A stretch of DNA of 37,821 nt from an uncultured Pseudomonadota bacterium (GTDB lineage: Bacteria > Pseudomonadota > Alphaproteobacteria > Rs-D84): contig CACZUL010000002.1 of NCBI GenBank assembly GCA_902784285.1, forward strand, positions 1 through 37,821, given 5' to 3'. This document shows, in pieces, positions 1-7,449 of the stretch (position 1 is its first letter; the number at the start of each line of letters is the position of its first letter). Made by a program: the position numbers and the translations under genes. Under the pieces are notes generated by a model. That model did not search any database, was not told where the DNA came from, and worked only from the letters and a program-made list of their open reading frames with translations.

Positions 1-579
1 GCGCGTGCGCATGCGGATGGGTATCGGGCGCGGGCTGCATATAAACTGATTGAAATAAATGATAAATATAAATTTTTGAAAAACGGGCAAACTGTTGTTG
101 ATTTGGGTGCGGCGCCGGGGTCGTGGTCGCAGTTTATTGCGCGAAACTATCCAAAGACAAAAATCTTTGCGATGGATTTGTTGGAAATAACACCGATAAA
201 TGGCGTGGAATTTTATCAGGGCGATTTCACCACTGACGAGGCATTGAATTGGTTGACCGAAAAATTAAAACTGGATGAAAACGCGGATGGCGTGGTTGAT
301 GTTGTTGTATCTGATATGGCACCGAATACCGTTGGACATCAGAAGACTGATCATCTGCGGCAAATGGTGTTGTTGGAATATGCGTTTGATTTCGCGTGTC
401 GCGCATTAAAACCGGGCGGGGTGTTTGTGGCAAAGTCTTTTACCGGCGGCACGACAAATGAATTGTTAAAGCAAATAAAAGAAAAATTTGAAACGGTTCA
501 TCATGTAAAACCAAATGCTTCACGCAAAGATTCTGTTGAAATGTTTATTGTTGCGTTGGGGTATAAAAATAAGTTATAA
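1..579 (+). CDS. rlmE: 23S rRNA (uridine-2'-O)-methyltransferase RlmE/FtsJ, 5' end cut by window edge
   Basis: Frame 1 is open from base 1 (YRARAAYKLIEINDKYKFL). It has the SAM-binding motif VVDLGAAPGSWSQ plus DVVVSDMAPN and KPGGVFVAKSF, typical of RlmE. Confidence 0.93.
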   Translation, partial: ARAHADGYRARAAYKLIEINDKYKFLKNGQTVVDLGAAPGSWSQFIARNYPKTKIFAMDLLEITPINGVEFYQGDFTTDEALNWLTEKLKLDENADGVVDVVVSDMAPNTVGHQKTDHLRQMVLLEYAFDFACRALKPGGVFVAKSFTGGTTNELLKQIKEKFETVHHVKPNASRKDSVEMFIVALGYKNKL

Positions 580-612
580 TATGAACATATAATAAAACCA
601 AAGGGGAAAAAT

Positions 613-1044
613 ATGGCAAATAAAAAAACATCATCTTCAATGGTCGGCTTTGGCACGGCGGTTACAAATTTTTGGACGGGGTACTTTGATTTTATGGGTC
701 GCGCATCGCGGTCTGAATTCTGGTATGGAATTTTGTTTGTGTTTATAGTGAATTGGTTGTTTATGGTAATATTCGGCGGAATCGTCGCAACAATTGCAAG
801 TGCGGTTTTGTTTATTCCGACTGTGTCTTTGTCAACACGTCGTTTCCGTGATGCAGGTATTTCAATTTGGTTATATATTATTCCGATGTTGATTATATAT
901 GTTGTGCCAATTTTCCGTGGCGCGATATGGTATCAGATGATGTCGATAAATTCTGTAACTTCTGGAATGTTGGGATATTCATTGTTTTTTATCGTGTTCA
1001 TGATATTCTGGATCGTGGTTGGTTGTTTGCCAAGCAGAAGATAG
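613..1044 (+). CDS. DUF805-family inner membrane protein
   Basis: Multi-TM protein with a GRASRSEFWY motif characteristic of DUF805 (YhaH/YhaI-like). SD aagggga lies upstream of the ATG. Confidence 0.75.
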   Translation: MANKKTSSSMVGFGTAVTNFWTGYFDFMGRASRSEFWYGILFVFIVNWLFMVIFGGIVATIASAVLFIPTVSLSTRRFRDAGISIWLYIIPMLIIYVVPIFRGAIWYQMMSINSVTSGMLGYSLFFIVFMIFWIVVGCLPSRR

Positions 1045-1068
1045 TGATTAGTGGCTAGTATTAGGTGT

Positions 1069-1096
1069 GGGCGCATTTTTTGCGCCCGTTTTTTTT
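1069..1096 (+). terminator. Rho-independent terminator after DUF805 gene
   Basis: Stem gggcgca/tgcgccc with a T5 loop, followed by a run of 8 T. Confidence 0.75.
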
Positions 1097-1106
1097 ATAT
1101 AAAAAC

Positions 1107-1182
1107 CGTCATCCCGGCGCAGGCCGGGATCTTTTTGGTTCATAATAATACTGACAAGATCCCGTTTTATAACGGGATGACG
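1107..1182. repeat. 76-bp palindromic element made of two inverted hairpin modules (cgtcatCCCGGCgcagGCCGGGatc ... gatCCCGTTttatAACGGGatgacg)
   Basis: 9-bp terminal inverted repeats cgtcatccc/gggatgacg, and each module is itself a hairpin. A related module occurs at 17481-17502. Confidence 0.7.
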
Positions 1183-1236
1183 ATGCTAACTACTGTTCCA
1201 CCGAATCGGGGAAGGGCGTTCTTTTAACACTAATTG

Positions 1237-1665
1237 CTATTTCAATTTTTCGGCGGCGGTGCGCGCTAATTCATCACACATTTCGTTGAATTCTTCGCCG
1301 TTGTGGCCACGAACCCAAACCCAATGAATTTTTGTATTGTTTGCCAATTCATCCAATTTTTGCCACAGGTCTTGATTTTTTACCGGTTTTTTGTCCGCAG
1401 TGCGCCAATTATTTTTGCGCCAATTTTTTATCCATGTTTGCATACCGTTTTTTACATATTGGCTGTCGGTGTGAATTTCAACCTCACTGTGCCGATGCGC
1501 CGCCGTTAACGCACGAATTACCGCCATCAATTCCATACGATTGTTTGTCGTGCTTGCTTCGCCACCACTGCGATGCGCAATGTTTTTTCCGTCGGTCGCA
1601 ACAAATGCCCAACCACCCGGGCCGGGATTGCCTAAACAACTGCCGTCTGTCCATATTTTTAACAT
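1237..1665 (-). CDS. rnhA: Ribonuclease HI
   Basis: IWTDGSCLGNPGPGGWAFV, TNNRMEL, HTDSQYV and WVRGHNGEEFNEMCDELA match RNase H1. Start set at the MLKIW ATG (1665), which has SAD aaggtga upstream, rather than at the ORF-track start 1698. Confidence 0.92.
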   Translation of the reverse strand: MLKIWTDGSCLGNPGPGGWAFVATDGKNIAHRSGGEASTTNNRMELMAVIRALTAAHRHSEVEIHTDSQYVKNGMQTWIKNWRKNNWRTADKKPVKNQDLWQKLDELANNTKIHWVWVRGHNGEEFNEMCDELARTAAEKLK

Positions 1666-1684
1666 TTTATTTATCACCTTTTTA

Positions 1685-1693
1685 TGATATAAT
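1685..1693 (+). promoter_or_regulatory. Extended -10 element TGATATAAT upstream of tkt
   Basis: TGnTATAAT is read directly and ends 8 nt before the tkt ATG. The same 9-mer recurs at 7339-7347 and upstream of 24957. Confidence 0.4.
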
Positions 1694-1701
1694 ATCACAA
1701 A

Positions 1702-3483
1702 ATGGTAATAGATTCCAAGAATTTACATGAAATGTCCAATGCGGTGCGGGCAACGGCTTTGCGCGCGTTGCGTCATGCGAAAAGTGGACATGTCGGAATT
1801 GCACTTGGCGCGGCCGATATTATCACTATGATTTACGCCGTGTTTTTAAATCCGTCGCGCGACCGATTCGTTTTGTCGGCGGGGCATGGTTCGGCGTTGC
1901 TGTATGCCACATTAAAATTGGCGGGTTACAGGATCGGCGATTTGGATTCACTGCGGCGGTTGAACGGTTTGCCGGGACACCCGGAATTTGGAATTGACGG
2001 TGTTAGTGCTACCACTGGGCCACTGGGTCAAGGTGTGGCGAACGCGGTCGGAATGGCAATTGCAGAAAAACATTTAGAACGGGATGGAAAAATATACTGC
2101 CTTTGCAGTGATGGTGATTTGATGGAAGGCGTCGCCCAAGAAGCAATTTCTTTCGCCGGTCGGTATGAATTAAACAACTTGGTTTTATTGTGGGATAATA
2201 ATGGCGTGTCCATAGATGGTGCGGCACAAACAGATGTTAATGTCGCAATGCGTATGCGCGCGGCGGGTTGGAATGTGCGCATTGCCAATGGTCATGATTT
2301 TGATGAAATCTATGATGCAATTTCAGAACCGGCGGATGGACCAATTTTTGTTCAATGTAATACTGTGTTGGGATTGGGGTCCAGTGTCGCCGGAACGCAT
2401 CGCGCACACGGGTTTGAAATTTCTGATGCGGAAATCGCATTGTTGATAGAAGATTTGGATTCCGCACGCGGACGCGAATTGTGGGGAATGATTGCTCGTT
2501 CGCACTGTGGATTGCCAAAGCCAAAGTATTCAACCGCCCCAAATCCGTTGTTGCCGGATGTGCCACACTTTATTTCTACGCGGGAAATGTCGGGTTTATA
2601 TCTTGGAAAAATTATTGCGCGCGCAAAAAACATCATTTGTGGTAGCGCAGATTTGGGCCAAAGTACCAATGTTCATGTTCCGGGCATGGTTGATATTACG
2701 GCGGACGATTTTTCAGGAAACTATATAAATTACGGTGTGCGCGAACATGCAATGGCGGCAATTATGAACGGTATGGCGTATTCGGGTCTGCGTGCGGTTG
2801 GTTCTACGTTTTTGGTGTTCAGCGATTATATGCGTGGCGCGATGCGGCTTTCCGCGTTGTCGGGTTTACCGGTGGTATATGTTTTAACCCATGATAGTAT
2901 CGCGGTCGGCCCAGATGGCCCAACACATCAACCGGTGGAACAATTGGCGGGATTGCGTCTGATTCCAAATATGAATGTCTTTCGTCCGTGTAATATGACC
3001 GAGGTCGCATGGGCATGGCGCACGGCATTGTCTGAAACAGACCGGCCATCGTGTATCGTTCTTTCACGGCAAAAGATATTACGGACCGGGTTGCCAGTAT
3101 TGGGATATGTCGATGCAGGTGGGTATGTGATATACAAACCAAAAATGGGGCGCATCCGTCTGACACTTGTTGCAACCGGGTCCGAGGTTCCTTTGGCGGT
3201 TGCCGTTGCGCGGCGTATATCCGGGGCCCAGGTGGTAAGTATGCCTTCGGTTTCGCATTTCCGCGAAATGGACAATGAATATAAAAATTCTATCTTGCGC
3301 GGGCGTGTAATTGCTATCGAGGCGGGCGCAACTGCATCATGGTTCGAATTTGCCGATGATGTTATCGGTATAGATGATTTTGGCTTGTCAGGGGCGGGTG
3401 ATATGGTGTATCGTGAGTGTGGATTTGATGCCGATGCAATTGCCACGGCAATACGGGCCAAGATAAAAAATGTCAGAATTTGA
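1702..3483 (+). CDS. tkt: Transketolase (compact, 593 aa)
   Basis: HAKSGHVG, GHPE, TTGPLGQG, SDGDLMEG, DNNGVSIDG, HDSIAVGPDGPTHQPVEQ and ATGSEV align along the length of TktA. Confidence 0.93.
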   Translation: MVIDSKNLHEMSNAVRATALRALRHAKSGHVGIALGAADIITMIYAVFLNPSRDRFVLSAGHGSALLYATLKLAGYRIGDLDSLRRLNGLPGHPEFGIDGVSATTGPLGQGVANAVGMAIAEKHLERDGKIYCLCSDGDLMEGVAQEAISFAGRYELNNLVLLWDNNGVSIDGAAQTDVNVAMRMRAAGWNVRIANGHDFDEIYDAISEPADGPIFVQCNTVLGLGSSVAGTHRAHGFEISDAEIALLIEDLDSARGRELWGMIARSHCGLPKPKYSTAPNPLLPDVPHFISTREMSGLYLGKIIARAKNIICGSADLGQSTNVHVPGMVDITADDFSGNYINYGVREHAMAAIMNGMAYSGLRAVGSTFLVFSDYMRGAMRLSALSGLPVVYVLTHDSIAVGPDGPTHQPVEQLAGLRLIPNMNVFRPCNMTEVAWAWRTALSETDRPSCIVLSRQKILRTGLPVLGYVDAGGYVIYKPKMGRIRLTLVATGSEVPLAVAVARRISGAQVVSMPSVSHFREMDNEYKNSILRGRVIAIEAGATASWFEFADDVIGIDDFGLSGAGDMVYRECGFDADAIATAIRAKIKNVRI

Positions 3484-4177
3484 ATTTGTAACTTCCAAGG
3501 GTGAAAAGATACCAATCGTGATAACTGTACGGCGGGGGCTGCGCAATATAACTTTGCGACCGCGGTGTGGCGATGTGCGGCGTATTGATATATCGCGCCC
3601 GTGGATTGCGTCTAATGCGGCGGCGATGAAGTTCGTGGAACAAAAGCGCCGGTGGTTGGAACGGTTCTTTGAAAATGCGCCGTGCCGGGTTCATATAAAA
3701 TCAGACGATTGGTTTGAATTTCTTGATATGCGGGTCCATGTTATTTATGATGCAAATATTCGCGCAAATAAATTCGTCCATAATGACGATGGAACATATA
3801 CTCTGTTCGTTGGGGGCGATGAAAAAATGATTGAAAGTCGCGTGCGTATGTTCGTAAAAAGTGAATTGTTAAAGCATATCAAAGATTTAATACGCCGAAC
3901 TCCGCGTGAATTTTGGCCAAAACGTATTTGTTTGCGGGATACTTCTTCGCGGTGGGGGTCGCGTTCAACAACTGGGACTATTTCTTTTTCTTGGCGATTG
4001 GGTTTGGCACCGTATGATGTTATGCGGTATGTAGTAATGCATGAATTGGCACACACGAAACACATGGACCATTCGCCGGCGTTTTGGGCAACGGTTCGTG
4101 AATTGTATGGGTTCGGTGTGGAACGTGCAAAAAGGTGGTTGAACACCAACGGTGCGCAGTTGCATCAAATTCTTTAA
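3470..4177 (+). CDS. YgjP-like / DUF45 (M48-type) zinc metallohydrolase
   Basis: C-terminal HELAHTKHMDHSPAFW (HExxH plus H) and WGSRSTTGTISFSWRL are typical of the YgjP/DUF45 family. It overlaps the tkt stop by 14 nt. Confidence 0.75.
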   Translation: MSEFEFVTSKGEKIPIVITVRRGLRNITLRPRCGDVRRIDISRPWIASNAAAMKFVEQKRRWLERFFENAPCRVHIKSDDWFEFLDMRVHVIYDANIRANKFVHNDDGTYTLFVGGDEKMIESRVRMFVKSELLKHIKDLIRRTPREFWPKRICLRDTSSRWGSRSTTGTISFSWRLGLAPYDVMRYVVMHELAHTKHMDHSPAFWATVRELYGFGVERAKRWLNTNGAQLHQIL

Positions 4178-4440
4178 CGTGAACGCGGCAAATATTTCAA
4201 GAACAATGTGTTTTGGGCCGTTGCGTTTGGTGCAATAGTATCATTTTGTTGATATTTTTGACGGTCGTGTTCAAGACGTATTTTTGACCGTTTGCATTCA
4301 TTAATGGCAATGCCTGCGATTGCCGACAGTATAATCAGTGTTAAACAACCATTAAGGGGAATCGAAAATATAGTCCGTGTTTGTTGATGGGAATTTGCCG
4401 ATTCATTATTTTCTGAATTATAGCCATTTTTCTTTGTCAT
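4174..4440 (-). CDS. Hypothetical small single-TM protein
   Basis: 88-aa ORF with one hydrophobic segment (CLTLIILSAIAGIAI). SD aagga lies 6 nt upstream of the ATG. No recognisable family. Confidence 0.45.
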   Translation of the reverse strand: MTKKNGYNSENNESANSHQQTRTIFSIPLNGCLTLIILSAIAGIAINECKRSKIRLEHDRQKYQQNDTIAPNATAQNTLFLKYLPRSR

Positions 4441-4593
4441 GTTTTATCCTTTATTCAATGTTAGTATAGCAATATTTTCCGGACTTTCAAGTGGGGTATA
4501 CGAAACCATACCTAAACCATTACAGGCGCGTGTGGGGTATAATATTGGTGTGTTCAAAGCACAAATTTCATTATTTAACCAAAGGAAAAAACA

Positions 4594-4971
4594 ATGAAGA
4601 AAATTTCAACAATGGCGGTGTTGGTGGCTATGACAACCGCGACCGCATTTGCAGGGTCGGGCAACATGGCAAACAACAATATGAATAACAATAATATGAA
4701 TAACAATATGACCGAGGTCGTTACCGTAGAGCAGGTGCGCGCCATGCCAGATGATTCACCGGTTATAATTCGTGGATACTTGTTGCGCCAAAATGGCGAA
4801 AATTCTTATGTTTTCCAAGATACCACCGGGACAATCAATCTTGAAATCGATGCCGAAGATTGGGGCGGATTGACCATTTCGCCGACAGATTTTATCGAGG
4901 TTTGGGGCGAAGTCGATAAAAACGGTATGTCAATGGTAGAAGTTGATGTTTCCGCAATTAAAAAACTGTAA
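4594..4971 (+). CDS. YgiW/YdeI-family periplasmic OB-fold (BOF) stress protein
   Basis: It has a signal peptide. TVEQVRAMPDDSPVIIRGYL...YVFQDTTGTINLEIDAEDWGG...IEVWGEVDK...VEVDVSAIKKL matches YgiW closely. Confidence 0.85.
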   Translation: MKKISTMAVLVAMTTATAFAGSGNMANNNMNNNNMNNNMTEVVTVEQVRAMPDDSPVIIRGYLLRQNGENSYVFQDTTGTINLEIDAEDWGGLTISPTDFIEVWGEVDKNGMSMVEVDVSAIKKL

Positions 4972-4974
4972 AGC

Positions 4975-4998
4975 AACGCCCAGTTGGGCGTTTTTTTA
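4975..4998 (+). terminator. Rho-independent terminator
   Basis: Stem acgccca/tgggcgt followed by T7. Confidence 0.75.
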
Positions 4999-5086
4999 TT
5001 TGTCTTGACGGGACTTGACATTATTGTTTTTTGTATTATATTTATGGGTGTGATGGGGTAAGAACAGAAACCAAAGGATCAAATAG

Positions 5087-5596
5087 ATGGCAGGCAATAA
5101 AAGAAATAGAGTATTGGGTATGGCTGTGGCATATGTGTTGCTTATGGTCGGATGTAAAAATATGCAAACACGTGATCAAAAACTTACGCGTGGATTTGCT
5201 GAATGGATGTTGAACAAGGCAAAAACCGAAGCATTGGCGGAATTTGATACAAATTATGTCTATAATGCTGCGGATGAAACTTGGTTGCTTAAAGCGAGAC
5301 ACGATTCTATTACATATCGTGCCGCATTGGAACGTGATGCTGATATCGTGTTGAAATATATTGACAAATGTGGCAATGCAAATTGTGTTTGGGATCAAAT
5401 TCAAAATACACCGTTATCGTATGATTATGGCCCGGGTAGTTTTATTAATGAAAATGGCGAATGGGAATATGGCGAACATGTTAATAATGGGGCATGCAAA
5501 GAAAACAGATGTGCGATAAATATGAGAGAATATGAACACGCTTTGAAACAAATTAATCGTATACGCTATGCTAAATCGAAAAGCAAGATTAAATAA
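5087..5596 (+). CDS. Hypothetical lipoprotein
   Basis: N-terminal signal with a lipobox-like LLMVGC. SD aaagga upstream. Cys-containing C-terminus with no family recognised. Confidence 0.55.
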   Translation: MAGNKRNRVLGMAVAYVLLMVGCKNMQTRDQKLTRGFAEWMLNKAKTEALAEFDTNYVYNAADETWLLKARHDSITYRAALERDADIVLKYIDKCGNANCVWDQIQNTPLSYDYGPGSFINENGEWEYGEHVNNGACKENRCAINMREYEHALKQINRIRYAKSKSKIK

Positions 5597-5598
5597 TT

Positions 5599-5627
5599 AA
5601 ACGGGGCAAATGCCCCGTTTCGTTTTA
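5599..5627 (+). terminator. Rho-independent terminator
   Basis: Stem acggggca/tgccccgt followed by a T-rich tail. Confidence 0.7.
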
Positions 5628-5690
5628 TGTAACCATGACAATATGCATAACCACTTGCGCCACAATTAACCACTTTGTATAATTCCAGTT

Positions 5691-6353
5691 ATGAAATTGG
5701 AATCGGTTGGAATTTTAATTGCTATGCGGCCGTTTGATGAGAAAAACGCAATTGCCCAGATATTTACCCGCGAATATGGTGTTATGTCGGGAATGTTGCG
5801 TGGCGCGGTTGTTGCACGGACCAACCGTCCACTGGTGGGCCAGGTTGGTTCTGTTTCGTGGAATGCGCGGTTGGATTCAGCATTGGGGGTGTTTCATTGG
5901 GATGCGGAAAAAAATTTGTCAGCACCGATTATGATGCGACCTGATTTATTGCCGTTTATGAATGCGATGTTTGACTTGATTTGTACAATGCTGCCAGAAC
6001 GCGAATCGTATGAACACCTGTATGATGAAACGATTAAATTACTAACCAATTTAGTAAACACCAATACGCCGGCGGATGAATACCTGGGTTGGGAAATAAC
6101 ATTGTTGGGCGAATTGGGATATGCGCTGGATTTGACACATTGTTCGGGATGTGGTGGAACGGAAAATCTTTGTTACCTTTCGCCCAAGACCGGGCGGGCG
6201 GTTTGTGATAAATGTGCCGCACCGTATATAAATAAACTTTATAAATTGCCGGTAACATTGAATACGACACTGCGTTTTCTAGAAAATATATGTATGACGG
6301 TTGGAACAAAATTGCCACAATTTCGCGTGATGTTAGGCAAGATAAAAATTTGA
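5691..6353 (+). CDS. recO: DNA repair protein RecO
   Basis: N-terminal OB-fold region (GILIAMRPFDEKNAIAQIFTREYGVMSGMLRG) and a C-terminal CSGCG...CDKC zinc motif, as in RecO. Confidence 0.85.
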   Translation: MKLESVGILIAMRPFDEKNAIAQIFTREYGVMSGMLRGAVVARTNRPLVGQVGSVSWNARLDSALGVFHWDAEKNLSAPIMMRPDLLPFMNAMFDLICTMLPERESYEHLYDETIKLLTNLVNTNTPADEYLGWEITLLGELGYALDLTHCSGCGGTENLCYLSPKTGRAVCDKCAAPYINKLYKLPVTLNTTLRFLENICMTVGTKLPQFRVMLGKIKI

Positions 6354-6430
6354 AAAATTATTTTATTTATTTGTTGCACTTTGCAAAAAAAGTTTCTAAG
6401 ATAACACCGTTCAACAAAAGGAGAAAAAAC

Positions 6431-7255
6431 ATGTTTTGGACAATAATCGTTCTGATTGTTGGCGTTGCGCTGTTTTTGTTTGGCGGCATGTTCGTTAAAC
6501 AGGATGGTAAGAAACCAACAACCGCTTCTATCATCGTTAAGAAAATAATCAAATTGATTGCCATCTTTTTGATTGCCGGTTGCGTGTGCCGTTTATACAC
6601 ACCAATTTACCTGACGCATACCAATCCTGGAATTTTGCAGGAAATGGTTACCGCGATGCAGGAACAACAAAATGCCGAAAAGAACAAGGCGATTCGTTCT
6701 TATGTTCGTTCCAATATTGGCGAAATGATGGCGGACGCACCTGTTTGGGGTTCGGAAGATGCGAAAAAGACTATCTTTTTGTGGTCTGATTACTCATGCC
6801 CATATTGCCGCCGTGTTCATGCTGAATTGGCGCGTGTGATGGAGGCCAGAGATGATGTTCGCGTCGTGTTAAAGAATTTCTCGATTCATGGCGATTTGTC
6901 TGATGCACCGGCCAAGGCGGTCATCGCGGCAAAAATCCAGAGCAATGACAAAGCGGCCGCTTTGGATAGAGCTTTGATGGATAAAGAATATTACAGCCAA
7001 GAAGACATGAAAGATCGTTCTAAATTGGGTGAAAAAGTTCTGAAAAATGTTTTAGCATTGGCCACCGAAGTTGGTTTGGATGCTGAACAATTGGAACGCG
7101 ATATGAAAGGACCAGTTGTCGCACGTGAATTAAAGAACGTTCGTGATTTGGCACAAATGTTCGAAATCAGCGGAACACCGTATTTGATTATCGGTGAAAA
7201 AGCGTTTCCTGGCGCAATTCCGTATGAACAAATCATGGAAGCGTTGGATAAATAA
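6431..7255 (+). CDS. DsbA-family thiol:disulfide oxidoreductase with N-terminal membrane anchor
   Basis: CPYC active site (WSDYSCPYCRRVH) and GTPYLIIG near the C-terminus. Start placed at the ATG at 6431 (SD aaaagga), not at the overlapping ORF-track start 6290. Confidence 0.8.
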   Translation: MFWTIIVLIVGVALFLFGGMFVKQDGKKPTTASIIVKKIIKLIAIFLIAGCVCRLYTPIYLTHTNPGILQEMVTAMQEQQNAEKNKAIRSYVRSNIGEMMADAPVWGSEDAKKTIFLWSDYSCPYCRRVHAELARVMEARDDVRVVLKNFSIHGDLSDAPAKAVIAAKIQSNDKAAALDRALMDKEYYSQEDMKDRSKLGEKVLKNVLALATEVGLDAEQLERDMKGPVVARELKNVRDLAQMFEISGTPYLIIGEKAFPGAIPYEQIMEALDK

Positions 7256-7269
7256 TTTATCACATGGTT

Positions 7270-7301
7270 AAAAAATCCCCGCCAATTGGTGGGGATTTTT
7301 T
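7270..7301 (+). terminator. Rho-independent terminator
   Basis: Stem aaaaatccccgcca/tggtggggattttt followed by a T run. Confidence 0.7.
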
Positions 7302-7318
7302 GTGCCGTAAAACGAGCA

Positions 7319-7347
7319 TTGACTTTTTTGCTTTTTTTTGATATAAT
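7319..7347 (+). promoter_or_regulatory. Near-consensus sigma70 promoter (TTGACT, 17-nt spacer, TG-extended TATAAT)
   Basis: Read directly: TTGACT at 7319-7324, a 17-nt spacer ending in tga, and TATAAT at 7342-7347. It lies about 100 nt upstream of the tail-fibre-like gene. Confidence 0.6.
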
Positions 7348-7449
7348 ACTTGACACAAATGACGGCATTATGTCGCCATTTTATTTTTGGTCGAACGCAG
7401 AACGCGGGCGACTTTTTTTAATTTAATATATTAAATCAAAAGGAAAAAA

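Noticed and set aside
2928-3515. 195-aa minus-strand ORF inside tkt
   Set aside because: It is antisense to transketolase, with no SD or family resemblance.
4660-4710. Asn/Met-rich repeat (NNNMNNNNMNNNM) in the YgiW-like protein as a DNA tandem repeat or contingency locus
   Set aside because: It is a short in-frame low-complexity linker between the signal peptide and the OB fold. The repeat units are imperfect and too few to suggest phase variation.
6290-6430. N-terminal extension of the DsbA-like ORF overlapping recO
   Set aside because: The extension overlaps the recO 3' end in another frame. A good SD and ATG at 6431 immediately precede the TM anchor.
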